Shown: positions 13,145 through 25,980 of the stretch, piece after piece
Numbering within the stretch: the first letter of the stretch is position 1
How the letters are laid out: every line of letters starts with the position of its first letter
NCBI RefSeq assembly: GCF_048593235.1
Contig: NC_133623.1
Location: 23,242,211 to 23,306,210 of the forward strand
Length of the DNA: 64,000 bases
Source: Sminthopsis crassicaudata
Lineage: Eukaryota
Reading direction: 5' to 3'
Translations under genes and position numbers: made by a program
Notes under the pieces: generated by a model
What the model saw: only the letters and a program-made list of their open reading frames with translations
Databases searched by the model: none
Told to the model about the DNA's origin: nothing

Positions 13145-13874
13145 NNNNNNNNNNNNNNNNNNNNNNNNNNNNNNNNNNNNNNNNNNNNNNNNNNNNNNNN
13201 NNNNNNNNNNNNNNNNNNNNNNNNNNNNNNNNNNNNNNNNNNNNNNNNNNNNNNNNNNNNNNNNNNNNNNNNNNNNNNNNNNNNNNNNNNNNNNNNNNNN
13301 NNNNNNNNNNNNNNNNNNNNNNNNNNNNNNNNNNNNNNNNNNNNNNNNNNNNNNNNNNNNNNNNNNNNNNNNNNNNNNNNNNNNNNNNNNNNNNNNNNNN
13401 NNNNNNNNNNNNNNNNNNNNNNNNNNNNNNNNNNNNNNNNNNNNNNNNNNNNNNNNNNNNNNNNNNNNNNNNNNNNNNNNNNNNNNNNNNNNNNNNNNNN
13501 NNNNNNNNNNNNNNNNNNNNNNNNNNNNNNNNNNNNNNNNNNNNNNNNNNNNNNNNNNNNNNNNNNNNNNNNNNNNNNNNNNNNNNNNNNNNNNNNNNNN
13601 NNNNNNNNNNNNNNNNNNNNNNNNNNNNNNNNNNNNNNNNNNNNNNNNNNNNNNNNNNNNNNNNNNNNNNNNNNNNNNNNNNNNNNNNNNNNNNNNNNNN
13701 NNNNNNNNNNNNNNNNNNNNNNNNNNNNNNNNNNNNNNNNNNNNNNNNNNNNNNNNNNNNNNNNNNNNNNNNNNNNNNNNNNNNNNNNNNNNNNNNNNNN
13801 NNNNNNNNNNNNNNNNNNNNNNNNNNNNNNNNNNNNNNNNNNNNNNNNNNNNNNNNNNNNNNNNNNNNNNNNNN
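13145..13874. other. Assembly gap (N run)
   Basis: Run of N. Confidence 1.
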
Positions 13875-13938
13875 CTATCTGCTTCACCACTACGTTTAAA
13901 AAGTGAATTAAGAAACCTGCATTTAAAAAGCCTATCTT

Positions 13939-14086
13939 GGGGGCAGCTAGGTGGCGCAGTGGATAGAGCACCAGCCCAGAATTCAGGAGGACCCGAGTTC
14001 AAATCTGATCTCAGACACTTAACATGTCCTAGCTGTGTGACCCTGGGCAAGTCACTTAACGCCTGCCTCAGGGGAAAAAAAAAAAA
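13939..14086 (+). mobile_element. WSINE1-like SINE, full length, young
   Basis: ggggcagctaggtggcgcagtggatagagcacc (A box), gagttcaaatc (B box), CORE gctgtgtgaccctgggcaagtcacttaac, A tail; cctatctt repeated on both flanks (TSD core). Confidence 0.92.
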
Positions 14087-17000
14087 CAACACCTATCTTC
14101 TTTTATATATTGGGGAGCATGACCACTCCCCAGGGCTGTTTTCTAGGCCTGAAGCTGTCCTTAGCAATGCTTCAAAGGGGAGCCTCTGAGTGAAACAGAA
14201 GCAGCTAGTAGAATTAGAGGGCTAGAAGGTGGTAAAAATGCATTTTGAAGTAAAGTATCCCTTCCAACTATACGCTGGTCAGAACCAAAGGTTAGCTGTG
14301 AATCCTTCTCCTCCTCCAAAACTCTCCACAACCACGAGTTCAAATCTACCTTCAGAACTTATTACCTGTGTGACCTCCCTTAGCCTCATTTTATTGATGT
14401 GGAAAATTTCCATCTAAGTAAATGAGGATAATAGAACTTCCTTTACATGGTCTGAGGTGATAGGTGTGAAGTGCTTTGCAAACCTGAAAGGGCTATCTAC
14501 AAGGTAGCTATTATTATTGTTGTGGCTCTTATTATCCACCTGACTTCTGGGCTATTCACTCAGCCACCACAGTCCTCTTTTCTTCCTAGAAATGCTTGCA
14601 GTTGCCTTTTGGTTTTTTCATACCACAGTTATTTTCTGATTGCTCTCCTGGAATCCTTCGATCTTTTTACCCATAGTTAAACAAATAAACTGACATCATT
14701 CAATAATAAAATGATCAGCAAATATTTCTTAGAGATGGGTCAGATTTCACATGGGGAAGCACAGGGCATTACTTATAGTTAACTATCAAATGAAACCAAA
14801 TGCTTTTCTTAAGTACCATGCTAACTGCCTTCAACATCATCTGTCCTTTCTAGCCATCTGATATTAAAATGCTAATTATGTCACATGAATTCATTGGTAT
14901 GCATTTCTAAAGCCTTAAAAAGCAACCGATAATTGAAATAGTGATCTGCAGTAACAAATGCTAATTCTTTTAATTGATTGAAGGTAATTCGTGAAAATTG
15001 TGGTGCATTAACCTAGCCATGTAGAAATGATGACATCATGAACATGAGCCCTGCCAGATGGAATTATGAAAGCAGAATAACAATTGAATGATTTCATTCT
15101 TATGATCTCATTTCATATTTCACACTTCCGATTCATCTGTACCCACTCCCCAGGTATGTAGAGAAAGTGAATGTGGGAGAAGCACTTGGAAAGCTCTCAG
15201 TCTGTCTGAGTCTAGATTTGGAGGTTTCTCTTCAAATTCCACTGCAGACTGGAAGCGGCTTCCTGCTCAGCCCCTGGAAAGTCGCCTGGGTTGGAAGACT
15301 GTGTTCGGTGTGGACACACCACTAGCAAGATCACAGAAGGAAATTGGGGTACCCTTAACTAATATTTTTCTGGAGAAAAAAAAAAACAAGACTACTCACT
15401 GAACATGGTTAAAGAGTAAGTGATCCTTCCCCTAAATCCCTCCAGTCCCCTGTGAATATGCTGGACCAGGCAGTAGAAAAATTGCTAGACCTAGAATCAG
15501 AAGCCTTGAGTTCAAGTGCTGCCTTTAGCCTTAACTGTTTGATCTTGGGTAAGACTTTTAGCCTGTTTGGGGCCTCAGCTTCCTCATCTAAAGATGGGGG
15601 TTAGGCGAGATGATCTCTAATGTCCTTTCCAAGTCAAAATCTGAGATCTTCAAATGCCCACTCACCTTCTAACAGGCACTCGAGTCTTTTGGCCCTGCCC
15701 TCTCCCTGTCCTGCCCTTTTCAGAATGGAATCTCAGCTGGCGCTTCTATACCACCACTGCAGGAAGCTGAGTGTTCCCTAAGGTCCTTCAGAAGCCTCTC
15801 CCTAGTGTTTTTCTGGCTGCCTGCCCAGAAGAAGCCCCCCCGCCCCGGGCCACCCTCAGGGGGGCCAGCCTGTAAAACAAAGCAGGAGCTGTACCTCCGC
15901 TTTGGTATCTCACCATCTGCAAGGGAGCTGGGTGCTGGGAGCCAGGCTACAGGGTGACTGTGACCATCTGAAATGACTGCTGGGACAGAAACCTGGGCCT
16001 CAACTTCCTGGGGTTTTCCTTTTTGGAACTAGGCCATTGTCCTTTCTTTTTCTTGAAATTTCCACGCAGTGGCTGGGAGCAGCAAACAACACCCCAAAAA
16101 GAAGGTGAAAAGAAGCTCTCGCGACCCCACCATCATGTGATAGGCAGAGAAAACAGCCCGCCTGGTTATTTTGGCAAAAAGCAACTGGCTGTGCGCTCTT
16201 GGAAAGAAATGGACACAATCAAAATACACAGAAATGACACAGTCTATATATGGCTAGGCCAACACACCCAATACACTCTGTGGTCACTGGTTCCAGTAAG
16301 GCAAGGCTCAGGGACAGCTATTGTGGGTCTGAAACGTGAGAAAGATAGGGCAGGCCACAACCCCTTAAATACTCCTTTCCTGCAAGTGAAATTGAAGCTT
16401 TTGCAGGAGAAGGGTGCCTCTTTGTCTGATTAATGAGGCTTTCCCCCATGTAGCCATCCAAAGTCTCTCTCCCATTAGACCCCACTTCTAAACTCTGGCT
16501 TTGTTTCATGCAATAAAAGCTTTAATATTGTTTTCCCCAACACCGGAAGCTGTAAAGACATGGCTTATATTCATGAAGGCAGCACCTTGCTTTTGAAAGT
16601 GCTTAGCCTAGTTTCTGGCCCACTGCCACGCAGACAATGGAGCCATGGGTAGGAGGCAGAGGGAAAGGCTGCTGAGGCTGGGCCCAGACATGATAACATA
16701 TGTGGCTCTGGATTGCCCACATGAGAGGATTCCGGCCTTATCGCATCTGCTGATTCCTGCTAAGGTACAGTAGTAGAGGAAGGTGAGCCCCTGTGAGGGT
16801 ATAATGGGACCTGAAATAGATAATGGCAACACAGAACTCACTGATTTTTTTAGGAGTCAGGAGGCAGAATTTCCAAGTCATTCCTTCATCTGTAGAGTCA
16901 GAAGGAACAGGAAGACATTTGCTTTCATCTGGGGCCACCTCTGACCAGTTGATTCTGCTCTCTTTTTGACTGGCCAGGCATGCTTTATATTAAGAACAAA

Positions 17001-17619
17001 GCCTTCACAGCACTTGTTTCACTTTCCTTTCATTTAGCACCCCAAAATGACAGAGGAATGGCGGGTATCCCCCTGTGGTCCTCTCAAGATTCCCATCATT
17101 GTACTACTTTGTTATGTTAAATTACCTTCCTTTCCCCTCATGCTCACCCCACCCCACTGAACTTTTAAGACCACAGAAAAGATTAGATGACTCTTCGTCT
17201 CAGATAGGTTATTGAAGATGATTGACAATAATCGATAGCCCTCCGAAATTGAGGGCTGGAGGTGAGGTGGAGACTGAAGAGAAATACCATTACACATTTC
17301 CAAGTGGTTTGATTAGCTGGGATGAGGCATTTCTGTTTATGCTATAATTCACTCTGCCAGCTGTCTCCAAACTGCAGAATGGGAGGATTAATAAAGGGCA
17401 TCATTGAGTGCTTTTTCTGACAAAATAAACAGAAGTTCCTAGAAATCATCACGTCTGTATATCTTTGAGCAATATTGTCTACTTTTCATTAAAATTGCCC
17501 CATTGCACATGATGAAATAAGCATAAGGAGACTCTGTGCCGATACCTACGGTCACCAGATACAAGGCTGACTGTCGCATTTATCTACTCACATTTATGTT
17601 CAACTTTATTCCAAGAAGC

Positions 17620-17624
<5 letters not shown>

Positions 17625-17667
<43 letters not shown>
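17625..17667. repeat. (TG)n microsatellite with degenerate TG/TA extension
   Basis: Direct inspection. Confidence 0.97.
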
Positions 17668-17676
<9 letters not shown>

Positions 17677-18244
17677 ATATGAGTGTGTGTGCAGGTGTAT
17701 ACAAGCGTATATGTGTAATGCACATGCATGCTTGTGCAAGTATATGTGAATGTGTTTGTTTCCTGGAATATGCCACCCATGGGACTCTTAAAATGTGTGT
17801 GACAGACCTACTCTACTAAATATGGGCTGTGTCCTGCTCCATGATTTGCCTACTAGATTTCTCCCCCTAGTGGCAACAAAACGGAGAGTGTGTGGACCTG
17901 AAGTTGAGGCATGAGGGACAGATGAGACCTGGAGCATGGAAATAGATAAGACAAGTGTCCCCCCCTTCATCTATTCAAGAAATCTTACTTAGGGGTCTAT
18001 TACATGCAAAGCACTATGATGGACTTTGGGAAGGAAGAGACTTTAGAGAGAATACAGTCCACACTTTGGGTCTCAGTTTCTTCATCTAGAAAATGAAAAA
18101 GTTGAACCTTATGGCCTCTCCAACCTCTCAAACTCTGAGCCTAGAAGAAAGAATTTGGGGCTTAGAGTCAGTAGAGTTCTATATGTGACCCTGCAACTCT
18201 CCTAGGCCCTAGTCTTGCATCACCACCTAATTATCAGATATTTT

Positions 18245-18790
18245 GAATTGGATGTACCCTAGGACAACATGTCCAAAGCAGAACTCATTATCTACCTCTG
18301 AAATGGATCTTTCTTCCAAACTTCCCAATTTCTGGTCGACCTACCACAATTCTCCTCACCATTCTTCCTCACCTCCAGATCCCATCAGTTGTCAAATCTT
18401 GTGGATTATAACCTTCAAAGCGCCTTTCAATACATCCCTTGCTCTCTATTTAGGTGACCACCATACTTCAGGTTCTCATCATGCTTGATATCCCATTCTT
18501 CCTTCACACAGTTGCCAAAATGACTTTCCTAAAGTACTGGTCTGATTATGTGACTCTCCTATTCAATAAACTCCATGGCTCCTTATTACCTCTAGGACTA
18601 AATAAAAAGTCTTTGGTTTGGTATTCCCCTCCTCCATATCCTGAACTCACTCTATCTTTGCAGCTTCATTAGCCTTCCCTTCACTCATTCCACAATCCTT
18701 CCAGACTGATATTCTTGTTGTTCCTTATGTCTGATATTCCATCTCTTATGCCTTCTCTCATTGTCTTTTCCACATCATCAATGCATAATA
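18245..18790 (+). mobile_element. L2 3' region relic
   Basis: aacatgtccaaagcagaactcattatc, ctccatggctccttattacctctagga and ctgatattcttgttgttcct are L2 3' motifs. Confidence 0.75.
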
Positions 18791-19039
18791 TGTGTTTTCA
18801 TCCTTGTTGGTTGTTTGGTCATTAATTTAGATAGGTTTTGTAATTTCTTTAGTGAAGTCCAAAGCACATCATTCTCATGGGAAAGCTACTAGTACTTCTG
18901 CTTATTATTATTATTATTATTATTATTACTACTCCACTTTTTCCTCCTCCTGCTTCTCCTCCTCTTCCTCCTACTACCTCCTAACATTTATATAGTGCTT
19001 ACTATTTGTCAGACTCTGCTAATTCGTTGTACCTTACAC

Positions 19040-19223
19040 TAGAAGAACTGGGTTCAAATTCAACCTCAGATACTAACTGTAAGGCCCTGGGCAAGTAACT
19101 TAACATGTTTGCCTTAATGCACTAGAGAAGAAAATAGCAAACTATTCTTGTATCTTTACCAAGAAAACCCCATGGACATTATGGTCCATGGAGTCACAGA
19201 GACACAGGCAAGACTGAACAACT
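19040..19223 (+). mobile_element. MAR1-type SINE (CORE plus RTE-derived tail)
   Basis: ctgggttcaaat head; gagaagaaaatagcaaactattcttgtatctttaccaagaaaacccc...ggagtcacagag...gactgaacaac tail. Confidence 0.85.
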
Positions 19224-22014
19224 TTCCAACTCTAGATCAAGCACTTTATTCCCCTGCACCAGTTAGTGGCCTTTCAAACCATTGGCAGTCTATCCAAAGC
19301 TGGCTACCATACTGAGACAATTTCTCTTTTTCTGGTGTTATACATAATTGAAGGTCTATTTTACCTTAATAAAGGTACATAAAGTAAGCTAGTCAGTGAA
19401 AAGACCATTACCCCTTCCCTTTCGGCCCTGTAGGTCCAAGAAATAAGTTTGGGGTTTTGGTCTACTTTGTCTTTTATAGTTCTAGGAGAAGGAGGTAAAG
19501 TCCCCTGACTCAGGAACTTGTGCATAGGGACCTAGGAGGCCTGAATTCAGGCTAGAAGTCATAACCAGTCCAGTAGGGAAACCATAAAAATCTAGCATCT
19601 TGGGACAAACTTGGGGATTTGGGGACGGGACCAGTGATGTTTAGGAACTGAGTTATGAACCTAATCCCTTTCCTCCCCCATAAACTGAGGGATTACCATC
19701 TCAGCGAAGTATTAGGGAAGAATGTTATGTTTGTCCTTGTTATACCTTTGAATTAAATATTCCTTTGTAAAAAAAGAACCTTATGGATGCTTAAAACTGG
19801 GTGAAGATACTCAATAATACCTTTAGTCAGTGGCAGAGATGAGAGAGCCCTTCAGCCTCCCAAGGGCAAAGGAGAATCATTGAAGAGCTTCATGAATTTC
19901 ATGAAAAAATTCATGAAATATTTCTTCCACTCAATAGTGAGGCCCAAGAATCCCTGTTGCACTTGGAGAAGGATCACACAGGATGAGGAGGCATGGAGTC
20001 CTGTCAGTGTATATTGGGGAAAGGAGAGAGTAACGGTGAGTGCAGGCATCTACTAAAGTATTTGGTGCTGTTTGCTTGAGGGAGCAATGAATTCTTTGGA
20101 CTTATCTTTTCTGATGGTAAAGTTGAAGTTCCATTTTCTTTTGAAAGTATAGGTATGAACCAATAGGTATGACCAATTGGACAGCTAAATATAAAACAGA
20201 GTTGACTTTAGGTCTTCCAAGGCTGGCAGTCAAATTGTGACATCAGAAAAACCACCAGTGTTCATGTATCCTTAGAGCATTTGGAAACAAAATTGAATTG
20301 CTAATGTATGACCATTAATGCTTTGTCTCTTGGTTCTCCAGGCTCTCAGGCTCCACTGGATGTTCTTGGCCTGGTCACTTCCCTCTATAGACTTCTTTCA
20401 TCATCTGTGATGTAAGGAAATGGACTTAGAAGGTCCTTTGCAGTACGGTTATCTTAAATGTTGAATAGGGTCATCCAAATCAGCAAGGAGCACGTCTGGC
20501 TGGCAGGAAGGCAGGGCAACGATAATTTGGCCTCAAGCTATTTCTGGTGGCAAACTGAAAAGCCCATGCCATTCCACCACTCTATTAGCCTATGTGGTCA
20601 TAATGCCTCACATAAACAGCAAGTGAGTACCGCCCAGTGTTTTATATTCATTCTCTTTCTGGTTCCTCAAAAGTCCTGGGAGGCAGAGACACCAAACTAA
20701 ATAGAAACGGGGGCCGCTAAACTGTACATAAAGATCCTTTTGGGTGCATATTAACTTAGTCACATTATCTATGCTCTGTTGGACTTTGACTTATTTTGTT
20801 AAATGTTTCCCAGTAGGGTTTTAATCTGGATCAATAGCACTCAGGCAATGCAGTCTGGGAGGGCCGTGTATCTATCACCCCTGTTCTGAGGGATATAGGA
20901 CAAGTATTTTTGTCTTTCCAAGAGGCAAAGTAACAGAGTGCTGGATTACAATTGGAGAGTCTGGTTTCACATCCTACTTTACTGATTACTACCTGTGTTC
21001 CCTTAGAGAAGTCAGATGGCCCTCTTTGAGTATTTGTTCTGTCACGTGTAAAATAAAAGAGTTGTATTAGTTGCCTTTTAAAGGTCCCATACAGCTTGAC
21101 CTGTATGATGGTGATGATGTCCTAGCATATCCAGCATCAAATTTAAGCTCCTCTGTCATTTCAAGCTCTTCACAACTTGGCTCTTCCCCCCTTTCCAGGT
21201 CCATAAACTCTCAGCACACTTGCCAGGCCAGCCATACTGTGCTACCTTTCCTTCGGCCTTTGCACAGGTAGCCTGCCTCCCTGAGAAGAAAATGTTGTCC
21301 TTCCTTGCCACCACCTCAGAATCCCTGCTTTCTTTTAAGACTCAAGAGCTAGCTTATACAGGAACTATTAGCCCTCTCAGCAGCTGCCAGGGCTCTTTTG
21401 TGTCGTGATTATAATGAAGAAGGCTATGCCAGTGAGAAAGAGAAAAAGGCAAAGGATGAGAAGAAAATCCCAGAAAGGGGTTCCCCCAAGGTGAAGAAGT
21501 CATCTGTAGAGGAGGCCAGTGGGGATCCCCTGAGAGAGTCTGAAGTGGGAGCACTGATCGCCACAAAGAGGGCATGAACGTGAGTGACTGAGAGGGGCCG
21601 CGCCCACATCTGCCCTGCCAGCTAGCTGTGGACTTGCCATAGTGTCATTCCTCGTGTGCTTTGTATTGGGCCTATCTGTTACTCCAAACTTGGTGTATTC
21701 AAGGCATGTCTATCTCCCCATATACATAGTACTTGAGTCTCCCCATTTGGTTCCGGCCACCTTGACCGGATGACTTTATCATCCCCAGCATGACACCTGC
21801 TGATACCTTGTAAGAGACTGACTGATTGCTATGACCAGTCCAGGGTCACACAAGAGGGATGCGATGGAGCCTCAGAGCCTTGCCTGGAAGCCAGGGCTTG
21901 AGACTTAATGTCCCTCTTACTGTGCTTCATGAGAAATACAGGACAGAAACCTGACAGGAACGGCCAGGGAGCCAGCCAGCAGATGCAGGACTTGGATTTC
22001 TCCCCTGCACATAC

Positions 22015-22154
22015 AGAAGCATCGGCCTGCTTTCCGGCCTGCCCCGGGTCTTTGTCCACAGTGCTCATTTCTCCCATTACTTCGACAGTCTTCAGATTAT
22101 CGTCATTGTCCTTGGGCATGGTAATTTCAAGGATTTTCTTTCCGTCTTTTGTGG
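22015..22154 (-). CDS. Candidate internal coding exon, product unknown (TKDGKKILEITMPKDNDDNLKTVEVMGEMSTVDKDPGQAGKQADAS)
   Basis: Acceptor ttttatcctccatag, donor tct|gtatgt, 140 nt, one open frame, local CpG retention; no homology recognised. Confidence 0.3.
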
Positions 22155-25100
22155 CTATGGAGGATAAAATCATTTGCATTCATTACCTGGTTTTGAGCTT
22201 GTGAGGTCCTCTGCCCTAACTACCTGGTGTTCAGTGCAGCCTTCACAAAATTCCCTATTATGGAATCCGGTCTGCTTGTGAACTTTCCCCCTCATTTTCT
22301 ACCTTGGCCATTAAAACAACAAATGACCCTTCCAGTTCCCTTAGCTTCATTAAGCTGCCATTCAGGCCTAGCCTTCTCTTTGATGCCTTACCACTTGGGG
22401 ACGGGCTCCTCTCCCCCTTGACTACTTTGTACAATTCTCCTTTCCCATCCACAGGCCTTTCAAAACCTCCTCACTGTATAATGATTCCTGGACAGTGGGC
22501 CTAACTGTCGGCTCTACATTCATTTACCTCCCAATACTTTGTTTCCCTTCGGTCTTTCTCAGGCTTCATAGTGGACTTCCTGTCAAGGGCCAAACATAAA
22601 TTTGCTAACTAAGGCCCAGATTTCCTTCCAGCGTATTCATTAAAACCCCGGTCAAAGGATTTCAGGTCGTGGTTGCTGGGTTTTGTTTTGTTGGTGCCCT
22701 TCCCTAAGTACCAATCTCATAATTTGTCTTTTCTCTATACTGAGCCAATCCTTAAGTTAAGGCAACAAAAGCCTCCTCAAAATGCTTCCACTCATGATTC
22801 TCCTGTTTATTTTTTAGTTAACACAAAGAATTTTGGGTCTGAAAAGAACTTCAGAGACCATTTAGCCTTTGATGAGAATAGTAGATGGGAAAACTGAGAT
22901 CCAGAGAGGCTCTCTCATAGAACAAATTCAATTCCATTGTACAGACAAGTATTGAGCATCTACTATGAGTAGGGCACTGTGCTGCGGAAGGAGGCAAACA
23001 CACAGACGCATATGCACACACACATACATAAACAGCCTGTCTTCCTTGACTGTATTCCTACTGGCAATTTTCATTCATGGTAATGGTGGGGTTGGCATCC
23101 GGGTCTACTGACCCCCTCCCCCCCAGGTTAGCCCTTTTCCTTGGCGGCCACACCTTCTGCTTCCCCAAAGGAATTTCGATTGTAAGCTCCTCAGGTCCGG
23201 GACCAAGAATGATTTAATCTTTGTATGGCCCACAGCAGAAGCCTAAGGCCCTGCACAAAGTAAATTCTTAATAAATGTGGGCTGAATGGAATTGTGTCCA
23301 GCACAGGTGGGTTCCTAATTAAGCTCTAACTAGCTTCTGAGTTTGCTAGGTTGCAAGCTGTAAATCTCTTCTCTGCCCTTTAATCTCTGTGAGAGGGATG
23401 GATGCTAAAGTCTTCCTCTTTCCAAATTGCTTTCTGCTTCCTGGCTTTGCAAAACATTGTCTTTAATCTTCTCTCTAATGATCTAGGTATTCTTGGGGAA
23501 AAGTGACCTTTTTCCTTGAGTCTATTATAATAAATGCTAAGAGAGTCACAGGGGACTTTTGTCTTTAACATCTTAGTAAATGTTAAAATGTTTTGCCTCT
23601 GTCCATGTTTGCACAGCGAACAAATAATTTTCCCCCTTAATAAAGAAAGGGGACTTACCTAAGATCACACAGCCTTGTAGTGACAGAATTGAGCCCAGTT
23701 CCAGTATTCTCTCCAGTTTTTAAGGCTATTTCTTAAATGATATCCGTAACTGCAAGGACAAAGAAGAGTATAGAATGATAGAACTCAAACCTTCCTTCAT
23801 CCTGAAATTCTTGCCTTCAAAGATGGAACTGAGGGTCCAGCTGTCTCTTTAGTGACATTGATGTATCTGACAAAGCAGGTCGAGCCCCGTTATAAGTCAG
23901 CTTTCCCTTTACAAATGATAACTTACCTTCATATCCCACTTTATTGATGCCAAAGCCTTTGCATTTAGGATCTTAGTTCTGCTAAGTGAGATGCAGATCT
24001 GCAGTTTGTGATGGTAAATCAATCACAGGGAGTTGCCTGAGACACATGGAGGTTAAGTAGCTTGCCAAAATTATACAGCTAGGAAGAGGCAGAAGTGGGA
24101 TTCAAAGCTAACTCTTCTAGACTCCAAGCTATGCCTTAGCCACATAGCTACTTTATATTAGTAATACTAGTGAACAACTGGCATCTAGAGAGTGCTTTAA
24201 GTTTTGTGAAGTGTTTTCCAAATATTATCTCATAGGATCCTCATGATAACGCTGGGAGAGAGATGTTTATCATTATTTCTATTTTATAGATAAGAAACAA
24301 AATAATGCTGACGGATAGTTAGATGACTTGCCCAGGATCACACAGCTAATAAATGTCTGAGCTCTACCAACCAAACCACTCAGGAGCCTCAGTACTAATT
24401 CCATTTTGTTGATAAGGAAGCCAAGGCTCAAAAAAGTTGTACTTCACCCAAGGTCACATGGCTAGGAAATGGCAGTCTTGGGACTGGAAAAGAGGACTTC
24501 TCATGCCTTCTCTAGCATGTTGATTCCCATTCAGACCATCTTGTAGGCATTTTAATTAAATAGGATTTCAGTCCAACCCTACCATGTGTCATTTTTACCT
24601 AGAGGATAAAAACAAAACAGGCAAATAGAGGTGAAAATATTTGGAGTGACCCTATCTGTCCCCATGTTTGAGTTTTTCTAAACAATTATGTAAAAGCAGC
24701 TATGGGGCAGGGGATGGGGGACTGGGGGACTGAGGATGTTTTAAAAACTTTTTTTTTTAATGGAGAAAATGCAAAGCAAAAAATACTGATATTTTTGATA
24801 GGGAGAATGAATGAGGTGAAGCTGTCATTATCACTTTGAAAGAAGTATGAATCATAGAAAATTGAGAAAAAATGTAAAAAAGGTGAAATTTTTTAGAAGA
24901 TTGGTTCTAGAATCATTGCCAGATCAAAGATGTCCATCCAATTTTGATTGTCTAAAAGGGACTACAACATCTGCCATTTTTAATAACCAGAGAAGCCTGC
25001 TTATCTCTCTCTCTCTCTGCTTATGGCATTTTCATCCATATTGAGTTTATCTTTAAAGACCCAACCAAATGGGTCTCATGAGATATTTCTCATTGCTATC

Positions 25101-25980
25101 ATGATAACAGATGGACAGCTCAAGTATTGCACTGGTACCATCAGAATATTAAAAGGGGGCCTTAAGCAAGGCCCCCTGTATGTTGGCTGGATCCTCTGTG
25201 GAGGATTTATGATAGGTCAGGGATAAGAATCACACAGGATGAGAAAGCATTGATGAGTTGTTGTTTTCATGGTTGGCGGGAGGACCCACATCCATTTTAC
25301 TGAAGTATATCATGTTACTTTACTTATCGGACTATATTTCTAGTGCTTTCAAAAATGCTCAAAAGAAGAATGGATTCAATTTGAAGATCCCCTCTCCTAG
25401 AATGCTCTCTCCCTTTCAATCACATCTATCCACTTCCTTCTCAGCCTTCAAGGTCTAGCTCAGATACCATCTTCTCCCCAATTTCTGTCCCAAAGCTAGA
25501 TGTGGTATCTCCCTCCTTTGAACTCTCATGGCACTTTGGCTACTTAGCACAAATGCCTTATATTGGGTTTGATTTTTGCTTCTTAGAATCCCCTGTCTGC
25601 TTCAAGGCTCGACTCAAGCACCATGTCTTATCTGATGACCTTCTTGATGCTCTCTTCCTCTCTCCCTCTAGTAATTGGTACTTTCTCCTTCCTCAGATGA
25701 TCTCATGTTTACTTAACAATGTATACATTATGTTCCTGGTAGTCTATAAGCTCCTTAACTGCAGAGCGTATTTTGATTTTGTCCATTTTGCTGTTTTCTA
25801 TTTTGGGGCTTTTTACATAATACACACTTTAAAGATGTGAATAAAATTGAACATAAATCTTCCTTACTAGACTGAAAGCTCCTGAAGCACAGGGGCTATG
25901 TTTTAATCATCTTTTTATTTGTCAAATATTAGATTCTCAATCAAAATTTAAGGAATGAATAAAAGATTAGAAATTATCTT

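Noticed and set aside
19826-20036. Open frames with a GTGAGT donor and triple TTCATGAA
   Set aside because: Weak acceptor and no recognisable peptide; GTGAGT is expected about 15 times per strand by chance; the short repeat looks like slippage
23927-23998. 72-nt minus-strand segment with a strong GAAG|GTAAGT donor
   Set aside because: Poor acceptor and uninformative peptide; not enough support
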